Assembly: GCA_019828565.1 (NCBI GenBank) | Contig: JAHDYR010000069.1 | Span: 1 to 64,000 of the forward strand | Direction of reading: 5' to 3' | Origin: Carpediemonas membranifera BICM | Taxonomy: Eukaryota > Protista > Fornicata | DNA: 64,000 nt | Part shown: piece by piece, positions 22,567 through 33,729 of the stretch | Layout: every line of letters starts with the position of its first letter | How positions within the stretch are numbered: the stretch's first letter is position 1 | Program-made: the position numbers and the translations under genes | Notes under the pieces: generated by a model | What the model was told of the DNA's origin: nothing | What the model saw: the letters and a program-made list of their open reading frames with translations, nothing else | The model's database searches: none

Positions 22567-25500
22567 TCGTTTATTGCCTTTTGGACGAACTGTATTGCGA
22601 GCGGCGAGGCGCAGCCGAGCTTCGCGAGCCTGAGCGCAGCGAAGACGTCACTCTAGTGGTCAGTATGTCGGGTTTGAGGCACTGCTCGCTCCGAAATCTC
22701 CCTTTCGACTCTCCACTCAGTCACAACGAACGCGAACGCGAATAACGCGCAGATCACGCTCAAAGTACAGAAACAACATCAGTATTAGTGGTTGAGGCCA
22801 TTAGCCTCAGCTTGACGGTGCGCAGCATCCGCCTGGCGCATGAACGCATGGAACACATGAACTTGCTGCCGCATACAGGCCATCATGACCGCGTCGGCAA
22901 TCTGCCCAACAGTTTCGGCATCAAGGCCCAAAACGTCGCGCATCTCATCGGTCCATCCTCTCCCATGCACAGCACCAACACCACCACTCTGGCGAACGAC
23001 CACGGGAATAACCCGGACGTTCCAGTTGGCGTACTGCTCCTTCTTGCTCCGCATAGATGCAGACGCGTGATTGCTCACCACTACGTCAAGCACAACGGGT
23101 TCGGTATGGCCCGGTCTGGTCAAGAGGAGGTCCGCCCGCGCCTTGACCCGTTTGGTCCGGTCCACAGTCCACTCGCTGCCCCGTCCGAGCCAATGCTCAA
23201 CTCTTACGCGCCAGGGGTGCCCGCGCAGCAGTTTGGCGAGCGTGTCGCGAATTTGGTCGTGCCGCTCCGATCCCAGCCCCTCCCTCAGGAAGGGACAGGT
23301 AAGAGAATGCTCGGCTGAGCAGGGGACAGACCGGTGGTTAACACTACGGGCCAGGCATAGCGGACAGACGTCGTGGCCTGTCTCAAAGGCAGGAAGGCCG
23401 ACATGGTTGCGAAGCATCGGTGCAGCACCCTCGTCACAGGGGTTACGACCCATAGCGGCTGGATCAGCCGCGAGTAGAGACCTGATCACGTTTGGCGAGT
23501 CGACTGAAACAGTCAGTTGGCTGGAAATGTTATCCTGCAGGAGGCGTACCAACTTCTTCTGCGTGCTCTCGAGTGAGAGCTTTCTGACATCGCCATATGA
23601 TGTCGGCCAATCCTTGGGCGTCGCGGCGAGAGCCGGGATGCATGGCAGTGCGTCTTGGATGAGAGCCTCGGGCCTTTCGACCTTCAGCTCTATGAGTTGT
23701 CGTGCGGCACCCAGATAGGCTGGGGCCCACACAACAGAGGGCATGGCCAATCCGAGCCCGCCTTGACTGACCGGCAGACAGAGCCTTGCGGCGAAGTCCT
23801 TGTCAGTCTCTGCGCTGGACTGGAGCAGCTTCAGGATGGCGGGGACCACCTTCTGCTGTTCGAAGTCCAGTTGCGACTCGAACATGTCACCCCCGCCCGG
23901 CGAAACATTGCGGAAGAAGTGCTCCCACTTGGTGAGGGCACACAGTTTCGTCACTAGGAGGGCAGGGGCGACGGCTTCCGCGCCAATGTCAGAGACCATC
24001 GATGCAGCAGCGTCAAGCAGCTCCATAACCTTGCGGTTAGCAGAGCCTAGCTCCCGCATGATGTGCGTGGCGGAGCCGATTGGAACACCAACCAGCTTGG
24101 TATCGCGTCTCCGTGGGACGCCACCAGTTGTGTTGCCGTCAACGACATCCTTATGGGCTAGCACGCACTTGGCACGGTTGAGGCGGAGGCCAACCTCGTT
24201 GAACTTCTGAGCGGCGAGTTCTGTGAGATTGTTGGCCTCACGGCCGACCCCAGGCGACTGTAGCGGGCGGGTAGTGGTGGCTACAATGTCATCCTGGTAG
24301 GCACGGATGCACCACCCAGGGAAAGCCTCGCGCAAGACGTCCAGAATGGGCTTAACGCCTAAGCTGAAAAGAATTGGCGAGAGCGGGTCCCCTTGGTGAA
24401 TGCCTTCAGCCGACCTCATGGTGATGCCGGAGGTAGAGAAAAGTAAGCCCCGTCGGTACATGGTCGACAGGTATGGGATGAGCGCCGGCATGTAGGCCGC
24501 CACCACCTTCATGGCGAAGGCCCTCGACAAGCATCCATAGGCGTTGGAAAGGTCGAGTGTGAGCACTGTACCGCCACTTCGGTAGACTGCACTCACCTCC
24601 TCTCCCAACCTCTCCAAGCCGCACTTCTCACCTACTCCGAACTGGTCCTTCAGGGGCACGATCGACGTCAACCAGCCGCTTACGGACGGACCAGGCGAGT
24701 GCCTTTGCCGCCACACGGCGAATAGAGTCGCCGATCGCGACCCCTCGGACCTTCCCTTCACCTTTCGGCACAGGGACGAGAATGCAATGACTGAACACAT
24801 CAGTGTAAGCTTCTCCGTTCAGGATGTCCTGAACCAGCGGGAGCAGAGCCTGGACTAGTTCGCGCCTTGATGTCTTGTAGGCGATCTTCAGGTGAAGGAA
24901 CGATAGCCCGGAGGGCCCCGGGGCCGCCTCAGACTTGAGTGTGTTGAGGATGGTCTTCAGAGTCTTAGAGGAAACTTCGACACACTGCAGGGGGTTCTCG
25001 GGGACGTCTCGCATGGGGACGTCGGGACAAAGCCCGTTGAACCCAACCTGGAGGTCCCGCAGTTGAGCGTCGATTTCAGTCGGTGTCAGGTCAGTCTCAT
25101 TGGCTACCATGGACGTGGCGGCCTTCGAGACAAACCCGTGGCGAATCAGGTTCAGCGTCCGACGCCACTTGCTCGCGCTAGCGCGTCGTCCGCCTCGGTC
25201 CGACGGCGGTGCGTACAGCGTCTTGGGGTAGTCTACAACCTTAAGAGCCTCAGCCCGCTTGGCGTCGTCACCTGTCGCGTTGTTCACCTCCCTCAATCGT
25301 TCAATAAGGCCTCGTGTGAACTTCTCGCGCCCGCGCTTGGGCGGAGCGATCTTTCCGAGGAACAAGGCCTGACCCGGGGAAGGAAGACATCGGGTCGATG
25401 AGCAGGGGTAGTGGGAGGTGCTGATGGCGGGGTTAGGGGGAAACCAACCGCCGAAACGTGAGCTGCCGTGTCTGCCTGGACCTCTTCGTCAACAGGCTGC

Positions 25501-26007
25501 GATGACAGACCCTCGTCGTCCGTCGCGATCTCTACTGCAGAGGGAGGGACATTTGCAGCGGTCTCTGGACGCATAGCGTTGTCTCGTATCGTGCAGGCGA
25601 TATCGCAATGGACTTGGGGGCTGTGTTTGCAGAACGCAACGAAGTTGCCGTTGGCAGCGCCTGTGTGGTGATGCTGTGGGCCTTAAGGAGGTCCTTGAAG
25701 CTGTCAGCAATCGCCTTCAGGGCTTTCACGGTAAAGCGTACGATGTGTTTGTTCTGGACGTCGCGCATGAGCTCGACAACCGCAGTTTCAGAGCACAATG
25801 TGTTGAACACCGTGTCCGTATCACACCACAGTCTGTCAATTAGGCTTATGTCGACGAACTTCGCGTAGGTGCTATGAACTTCGGTAAGAAGAGCACGAAC
25901 ATCCTCGGCGAAGACGCTTTCGCGCCATACGAGTCTCGTACGTCGTCGAGTCACCATCTGGCCTCCAGGATCAGCCTGGGGCGCAGAAAATGACGACATT
26001 TCCATTT
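22567..26007 (-). mobile_element. CRE family B, full-length copy (ORF 22785..26005, several homopolymer frameshifts)
   Basis: Diverged paralogue of family A with the same RT/RLE motifs (AYQDD, CPLC, RHDQIRD, RADLLL). Bounded by cggaagggagca (22555) and cgggagggagca (26008-26019). Confidence 0.9.
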
Positions 26008-26019
26008 CGGGAGGGAGCA

Positions 26020-29000
26020 AACTTTTATGTAATCAACGACAAACTGTCTAGCGAGCGGCGAGGCGCAGCCGAGCTTCGCGAGCCTGAGCGCAGCGAAGCA
26101 GTTTGAGGCTATGGGGTGCGTCGGGGTCCTCCGTCGCTCCATCCAGTGAGTCGCTGGCGAGTCAACAAAACCAACAAGAACACTCTGAAGCGCTCTGCAC
26201 GAGCCGATTGCTACACCAATATCAGAATTGAGTAACAATTAGTGGGAGAGGCCCAAATCCTCTGCTGCAGCATGTGCTGCGTCGCATTGCTTGATGAACG
26301 CTGCATATGTGTGCACTTGCCCTCTCATGCATGCCAAGAAAGCGTTATCAGCCATCTCGCGGACCTGCTCAGCCTTAAGACCAAGTTCATCGCGCAAATC
26401 GTCCGTCCAGCCCCTTCCGTGCACTCTTCCAACGTCACCGTTGTGAAGCGTCACCGCGGGTATGAGCTTGACGTCCCAGTTGGAGTACTGGGCGCGCTTG
26501 CTCGTCATGGCCTGAGACACGTGGTTGCTGACGACGTTGTCAATGACGATTGCCTTCACGCCAGGTTTCGTGAGGAGGATGTCCGCCCGCGCCTTCATAG
26601 GCTTGGTCCGGTCAATGGTCCACTCACTGGCCTTGTTCAACCACACCTCGGACTGGACTCTCCAGCCATAACCCTTCAGGTCTCTCACCAGCCCGTCCTT
26701 GATAGCGTTGTGACGCTCGTCGTCCAGGCCTCCACGGAGGCATGGGCAGCACAGGGTGTGAGTAGCGTTGCACACAACGGACTGGTGGTTCACGGTGCGT
26801 GCCCTGCAGAGAGGGCAGACGTCAAATCCGGGCGTGAATGCGGGGAGGCCCAGGTGATTGCGGAAGATGGGGGCAACAGCGGCATCGGTTACCGAGCGCC
26901 CAAGAGAGGTCGGGTCGACCATCATGAACGACCGAACGACGTTGGGCGAGACGGCGGCACTCACAGAGAGCTTGGTGGCAATAGATTCCTCAACGAGGCG
27001 AACCAAGTTCTTCTGCGTGTGGTCGGCGTCAAGAGCCTTCACATCGTCCAAGCCACTAGGCCAGTTCGACGGCGTGTTGAGCTGGGGCGGGAGACACTTG
27101 ATGGCACCCGTCACGCTGTCAGGTGAGCGTGTAACACCCAGCCCTGCCAGTTGTCTCGTGGCCGCGAGGAACGCGGGAGCCCACACGACTGATGGCATTG
27201 CCAGCGCAAGCCCGCGTCTTTCGACCGGCATACTCAGGCGGAGAGCAAAGTCGTCATCGACCTCAGCCTCGCTCGACAGGATTCGGAGGATGGCCGGGAC
27301 CGCCTCTTTCTTCTCAAATCCGAGCTCAGCCTCGTAGAGACCGTTGCCGACTCCACCCGTTGCGGGGGGGAACGTTACGGAAGAAGTGCTCCCACTTTGT
27401 GAGCGCACAATACTTCGCAATGATCAACGCAGGGGCAGTTGCCTCCGGCCCCTCCTTGGCCACCATCTCTCCGGCAGCGTTAAGGAGTTGCATCACGCGA
27501 CAATTGACCTTGGCCAACTCACCCATCGCATGAGCAGCGGACCCAACCGGAACGCCCACGAGGTTTAGGCTGCGTCTTCTTGGGACGCCTCCCGAGGTGT
27601 TGCCGTCGGTAACGTCTCTGTGCGCCACAACGCACTTCGACTTGTTGAGCCGCAGGCCGACTTCGAGGAACTTCTCCCTCGCGATCTCGACAAGGTTGTT
27701 AGCCTCTCGGCCGACACCGGGCGTCTGCAAAGGCCGATCAGTCGTGGCGACAAGATCGTCTTGGTACGCTTGGAGGTGCCAACCCGGGAACGCCTCGCGC
27801 AGAACGTCCAGAATGGGCTTGATGCCCAGGCTGAACAGAATAGGGGACAGGGGATCTCCTTGATGTATGCCCTCAGCTGACCTTATCACTCCTCCTGACG
27901 TGGAGAATAGGAGCCCTTGGCGATACATCGTAGACAGGTAGGGCATGAGAGCAGGCATGTAAGCGCGTACCACGTCGAACATGAACGCCCTAGATAGGCA
28001 TCCATAAGCGTTCGATAAGTCGAGGGAGACAACAGTCCCTCCCTCCTCGTAGACCCTGGTCACGCTGTCACTCAGCCTCTCCAGGCCGCACTTCTCCCCC
28101 ACCCCATACTGATCCTTGAGGGTCCGGTCGACGTCGACCAGGCGGGCCCTCACAGCCCAGGCGAGAGCCTTCGCCGCAACCCGCCGAAGCGAGTCCCCGA
28201 TGGCCACTCCTCGGATCTTCCCGGCCCCCTTGGGGACCGGGACAATGATGCAGTGGCTCAATGCCGCGGTGTAGGTCTCGCCGTTCAGGATGTCCTGTAC
28301 GATCGGCATCAATGCGGCGATGAGGTCATGTCTGGCCACCTTCGCTGCTATTCTGATATGGAGGAAGGACAAGCCCGACGGCCCTGGGGCCGCCTCGGCC
28401 TTTAGAGCGTGTAGTACAGTCTTGAGGGTCCTAGCGGACACCTCAACTGACTGCAGTGGCTCTGCGGGGACGTCCTTAAACGGAACATCTGGGCGCAGGC
28501 CACTGTAATCCTCCTGCAGTCTCTTCAGCTCTACATCCACCTCCTGTGGTGACAGGCCCGCATCCTCAGCTACCAGCGCAGTGGCTGCCTTGGACACGAA
28601 CCCGTGGCGAACCAGTCGCATCACCTTACGCCACTTGGACGGGCGGCGCTTGGGGCCTTTCGATGCAACCGGCGGTGCGTACAGCGCCTTCGGGTACTCG
28701 AGTACCGTCCTCAGGGCCGCGCGCTTCTCGTCCTCGCTCTCCACGAGGGCCACCCGCTTGAGCTTCTCGATCAGGCCTCTGGCGAATTTCTCGCGTCCCC
28801 TCTTGGGGGGAGCGATCTTGCCAAGGAAGAGAGCCTGTCCCGGTGGTAGGAACACGTCGGGTCGATGGGCTGGGTGAGCGGGAGGGGCAGTCGGGGGGCT
28901 TGCGGTGAAGCCCACCGCGGTGACGTGCGCTGCTGCGCTCGGCTGCGATGACAGCTGGCTACCAGGGGCGTGGACCTCTTCGACAGATGGAAGGAGACTG

Positions 29001-29455
29001 GCAGGGTCGTTGTTGCCCATCACGTTTCTCCTGATCTCTCGGAAGAATTCGGCCGCCACCGACGGAGCTGTTTTTGGCAGAACGCAGCGGTGTTGCTTTG
29101 GGAGTACTGCTAAGAGTAACACCCGCCGCGTCTAAGAGCCGCTTGAAGGAATCTACGATGTCCTTCAGTGCTCTCACCGTCAAACGCACAATCTTCTTGT
29201 TGTTCACGTCCTTCATCAGCTCGACGATGGCCGCTTCGGAGCACAGCGTATCAAACACTGTCTCTACATTGCACCAACGTGCGTCAATGAACTCAGCATT
29301 GACGAATTTCGCGTAGTCGGTACGAACAGTCTGCAGCAGAAGCTGTACGTCCCGAGCAAGCGCGTTTTCGCGCCAATCGGACGTTATGGAAACTCTCATC
29401 GCCATCTGGCCTCCAGGATCAGCCTGGGGCACAGAAAATGACGATATTTCCATTT
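26020..29455 (-). mobile_element. CRE family A copy 3 (ORF 26239..29453, frameshifts at homopolymers)
   Basis: Near-identical to copy 1. Followed by cgggagggagca (29456-29467) and a different trailer, agcttttactgcc. Confidence 0.9.
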
Positions 29456-29498
29456 CGGGAGGGAGCAAGCTTTTACTGCCAAGAAGCGACTGTGTGGC

Positions 29499-29980
29499 GC
29501 TAGAGTATCCTAGCATCCTAACTCATATCCAAATGGGAAACCGACCAATCCCGTCCTCCTCAGGGAGTTAGCTGCACTATGCAAGCTTCTGTGCCAGCGG
29601 CTCCTTGCCGCCTCGGCTCACCGGACGTCGCCATGACGATCCTCGGTGCGATGGTGTTTAATGGGATGAGAACAGTGTCTCAGCAGTTTTTCTTAACTGC
29701 GACGGATGATTTCTGATGGCCTCGCCGATGTAGGGGCGGAGTGAGTTGCCATTGGCCCATGTGCCCAGCTGTAGCAGGGTCTCGAGGGGTGTCCCGGCGA
29801 GGGCTAACTCGGAGGCGGCCCCCTTGCGGAAGCTGTGGAGGCCAACGCGGTCGTCGTTGAACGTCCTCCGGAGCTCATCTCGCATGTACCGCATGGAGGC
29901 CGCCTTCCGTCGGCTGATTGTACGGTCGGAGGTGATGACTCTCCAGATGCCGACATCTGGCGGCAAGGAGGTTGTGGTAC
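29499..29980 (-). mobile_element. 3' fragment of a YR element (YR2; recombinase C-terminus + 3' terminus), related to YR3
   Basis: ORF 29658..29966 contains GLHSFRKGAASELALAGTPLETLLQLGTWANGNSLRPY, nearly identical to the YR3 recombinase. Terminus GCTAG-gatact-CTAGC at 29499. Confidence 0.8.
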
Positions 29981-32080
29981 CTTACAGGAGGCCTTCGCTG
30001 CTGATGAGTCTGTCACGAGCCATATGCTCCGTGCTCCCGCCTGCAGTGCTGCCTTGACCCCGCGCACTCCCATGAGTGTCTCCTTGGCGGTGATGTGTAG
30101 GTGGCGCGGAAGGGATGCTTCTATCTGGTGTGTGCCTGTCGCCGTGAAGATTACGGCCCCTCCGGCTGAGTCTGATGCGTCTGACTCCACTCTCGCGTCG
30201 AAGTTCGGTATTGTCATGGGGCTCTCGCATCTCGTCTTGAGTGTTGTCTCCCACCACGCTAAATCCGCTCTGGTGGCGCTGTTGAGGGTCTCTCGTCCGA
30301 ACCTGAAGTCCTTCCTCCTCGATAGGGCTGAACTCAAAATCATCAGCTCCCGCAGCATGACGAGCGCGGCATCTCCGATGGCGAATCTGGTGAAATTCAG
30401 CTTCCCGATAAGCTTCTGAAGGTCCTTCTTGATAAAGCGCTTGGCTCTCATGAGTTGTTGCACTTCTTGCAGATACTTGTCCCGTTTGTCGTCGGGGAGC
30501 ACGAAGGTCATGGATTGTGAGTTCAACATCATTCCGAGGTACTTCACTTGCTTTGATGGCGTCCATATTGACTTGTCCTGGTTCACAGCAATGCCGAAGT
30601 TTGTGAGCATCGACAAAAACTGCGGAAGAATGCTCTCAAGGTATCTCTGCGAATTGTGCGCTATCAGCCAGTCGTCTAGATAGACGACTATCCTTAGCTG
30701 CAGGGACTCCGCAATAAATCTAGCGGCATGCTTCGAGACCTGTTGGAAAGTCCGTGGGGCTGTGGAAAGCCCAAAGGGTAGGACCTTGAACTGGAAGAAT
30801 CTCCCGTCAAGCTCGAAGCCGGCCCAGTTCTTGGCCTCCTCCTCTAGTAGGAGTTGGTAGTACCCTTTGCGAAAATCCATCGCTATCATCGAGTCGCCAG
30901 GTAGTATTGTCTTCGCGACCTCTCCGAGGCCCTCCATTCTGAACTTCCCTTGCCTCTAGGTAGGAATTGATGCTCCTTAAGTCGTGTATGAGCCTCCATG
31001 AGACCTTGTCTGACTTAATGATGGTGAAAATGGGACAAATCCCGCTTGGTTTGGATGCTACCTCTTCTACTGCTCCGAGTTCGATCAATTTGCTGACTTC
31101 TTCGTGTAATCTGGCTTGTGCCTGTGCAATGTGCTGGGAGTATTCATGAACCTCCTTCTCTGGAGCGCCGATCGCGACTCCTTTGACAGCTTCTAAAACC
31201 TCTGCTGGAGGGCGCGTGCGCCGCCATGTTTCCAACCGGGACGAGATAGAACCTACAGTAGGTAAACTTGCGTTCAATGATAGGGCTTCTTGAAGCTCAC
31301 GCTCCGTCATCGCCTTCTCTTCTCGTCCTTAACCTGCGTAAGACAAAAAACAGAGCCAACCTTTACTTCTGGTTGGACGACTGGCTGCGCCAGCACTCGT
31401 GAGCGGAGTGTCCTCTGCGTCTGCACACCGTGCAGAACTTAGAGCTACCGCCGTGAGGTCTCTTGGTGATCGGTCTGGCGTTGAGGTTCTTGGCGGCCTT
31501 CATCGCGGCACGCGCGAAGTCCTTCTTGCCTGTCAGACCTTCGGCCTCGACAAGGTACACTGCAGCCACAGCATCTCCGAAAGTGTCGACTGTTCTCAGG
31601 TACTCGAGGCGCTTGTCGATCATCGCCTTAGCGGTGTCGAATACGTCTCCAACAGACGGTTTCTCTGTACGGCCCTTAATATCCGCCTTAAAATCAGCAA
31701 AGAACTGCTTCCAAGCGCGGTACTCCTTGATAACACCATCAAGTCTCTTAGGTTCTCTTAGATCTTCTTGCTTCTCCTCCTGCTCCGCCATTCTGGCGGT
31801 TAAAGCTTTAATAAGCTTGTCCTGCTTGTCAATCTTCGCAATAAGCTCCTCGTTCGCGTTGGCCATTTTGGCGCGAATTCTGAGGCGTTTTAAGGCCTCG
31901 CATTTTAAGGCATCAGATGGCCAACACCAGGATGGCGCGCCTCCGAGACAGATGCGCGTCCATCGGGCTGGGAAACGGGGCTCCAAGCCCCAAGTGCTCC
32001 CGCACGTCCGGGCACCCTTGCCCGCTTCTTGGGCAGTGGTCCGCAGTCTGACAAGCAGACATTGGGTATGTCGAATGTCG
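29981..32080 (-). pseudogene. Truncated YR-type element YR2a: gag with CCHC knuckle (31363..31866) + RT/RNase H (~29990..31310, frameshifted)
   Basis: Motifs CTVCRRRGHSAHEC; RLIHDLRSIN, DFRKGYYQ, LPFGLSTAP, YLDDW, ESDAS, HITAKE. Breaks off inside RNase H. Boundaries approximate. Confidence 0.75.
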
Positions 32081-33633
32081 TTCTGCGCGCGGAGTCGATC
32101 AGCATCCCTAGGAAGACGGTGACAGTGGCGGGGTCCAGCTGGGATTTCTTGATGTTCAGGATAAGGCCCAAATTTTGCAGAAAGCGCACAATCTGCGGCA
32201 TGCAGCTTGTCAGGTAGTCTTTCGGCGCGAGAAAGGCCCAATCGTCTAGATATACGACGATCTTGACGTTCCATCGGGCCGAAACAAGGCGAGCAGCTTC
32301 TAGCATTATCATCTGGAAATGGAACGGTGCTGCTGACCAGCCGAATGGAAGCACGCGGAAAGCGTATGGACGCCCGTCTATCATGAAGCCGAGCAGCTTG
32401 CGGTCCTTCAGTCTGATTCCTACCTGTTGGTACCCTGACTTCAAGTCTATACGGCACATGTAGTCCCCTGGGGCAAGGAGAGTGACCAGGCGCTTCACCC
32501 CGTGCAGACGGAACGACCTGACCTCGCTGGTGACGCTGTTGAGGGAGCGAAGGTCGTGTATGAGGCGAGTATCCGTCTCGCCCTTCGGTACCAGGAAGAC
32601 TGGCGAGATGAGGGCCGGACTGCGGCAAGGTACAGCCGCACCCGAGGCGAGCAGGTCCGCAAGGTGCTTCCTCAACAACGGCTTGTCGCACGCCCGTGCT
32701 GGTGGAAGCCTGGGCTTTGAGGCTGCCTGCTGGATGTTGATGGGCACGCCGTCGCGAATCCACCGCACCACTTCTGAGCGCGCCCCGCAGTCTGACCAGA
32801 TCTGATGATCTGTGATGGACGGGAAGGTCGGATTGGCGTGCTGACTGTCGGGAGGCGACGGAGGAAGCTGAAGAGGCCCTGGAGGAGGTGACGGAGGGGG
32901 AGACAGCCCTTGTAGGGACGGAGAGGGAGGTGGGGAGGAGTGGGGAGAGGCAAGAGAGTGAGAGCGATCGCCTAGAGAGAGTCTTTTCGGATGTTTTCTT
33001 AATCTCTGGCGGGCTTGCCGCTTCGCTTCGGTGGGCGACGGGAGCGCTGAAAAGAAGCGCGTTCACGCTGGCGGTCGCCAAGCCTGGGGATCTTGGAAAG
33101 GGTGGAGAGGATCTTCTCCTCGATGATCGCCTCCGTAGCAGTTGGCTTAGCGCTGAGCAGAGCGTCAGTGGCGGTTTCCACCGCCAGGCCTACGTGGAAC
33201 CCGTAGCGGTCCTTGATGGCAAGGGCCCTCTGGCGAGAGTAGAGCCTGTTGAGGAGCTCGGTTGATGAGGTGGACGCGTCAAACCGAATGGCTCGGTAGA
33301 GGCGCTGAAGGAAGGCCCATTCCCCTCGCATGGAGTCCGAATGCGGAGGGGTCCAGTTGTTGGAGCGCCGTTCATCCTCAAGGTTGGAAATAAGGCCCCG
33401 CAAGGTCTTGAGCTCCTGCTCGAGTTGCTCGTTGGACTTCGGAGTTACTTCGATGTCCCGTTGTTGCTCAATGGTCTCCTGCAGTTGCTCAGGTGTCTCG
33501 TTGTTGGTCGGTGCCATCTCTAAAGCTTATTCCTTTGCCCTTCGTCCGAACTGACTTGCTCAGAGTTGATCTCGATCCTCTTCGCAGAATCAGATCAGCA
33601 AATCGAACCGTATCCGGCGCAGGACCCCTACGT
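32081..33633 (-). pseudogene. 5' part of YR element YR2b: ORF1 (32999..33517) + RT truncated near 32085
   Basis: RT motifs IDLKSGYQQ, LPFGWSAAP and YLDDW. ORF1 resembles the other YR ORF1s. The 5' end motif cgcag.ac..ctacgt is shared with YR5 (near 63000). Confidence 0.75.
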
Positions 33634-33658
33634 CCTATTGAAGGCGTGCCCCGCCACC

Positions 33659-33729
33659 TGCTCTGTAGTGTAGTGGTAGCATAAGAGGCTCATAACCTCT
33701 AGGCCTAGGATCGAAACCTAGCGGAGCAA
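33659..33729 (+). tRNA. tRNA-Met(CAT), initiator-like
   Basis: Acceptor TGCTCTG/CGGAGCA, anticodon arm AGAGG-CT CAT AA-CCTCT, T arm CTAGG-ATCGAAA-CCTAG (A54/A60 as in eukaryotic initiator tRNA), followed by cTTTT. Confidence 0.88.
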
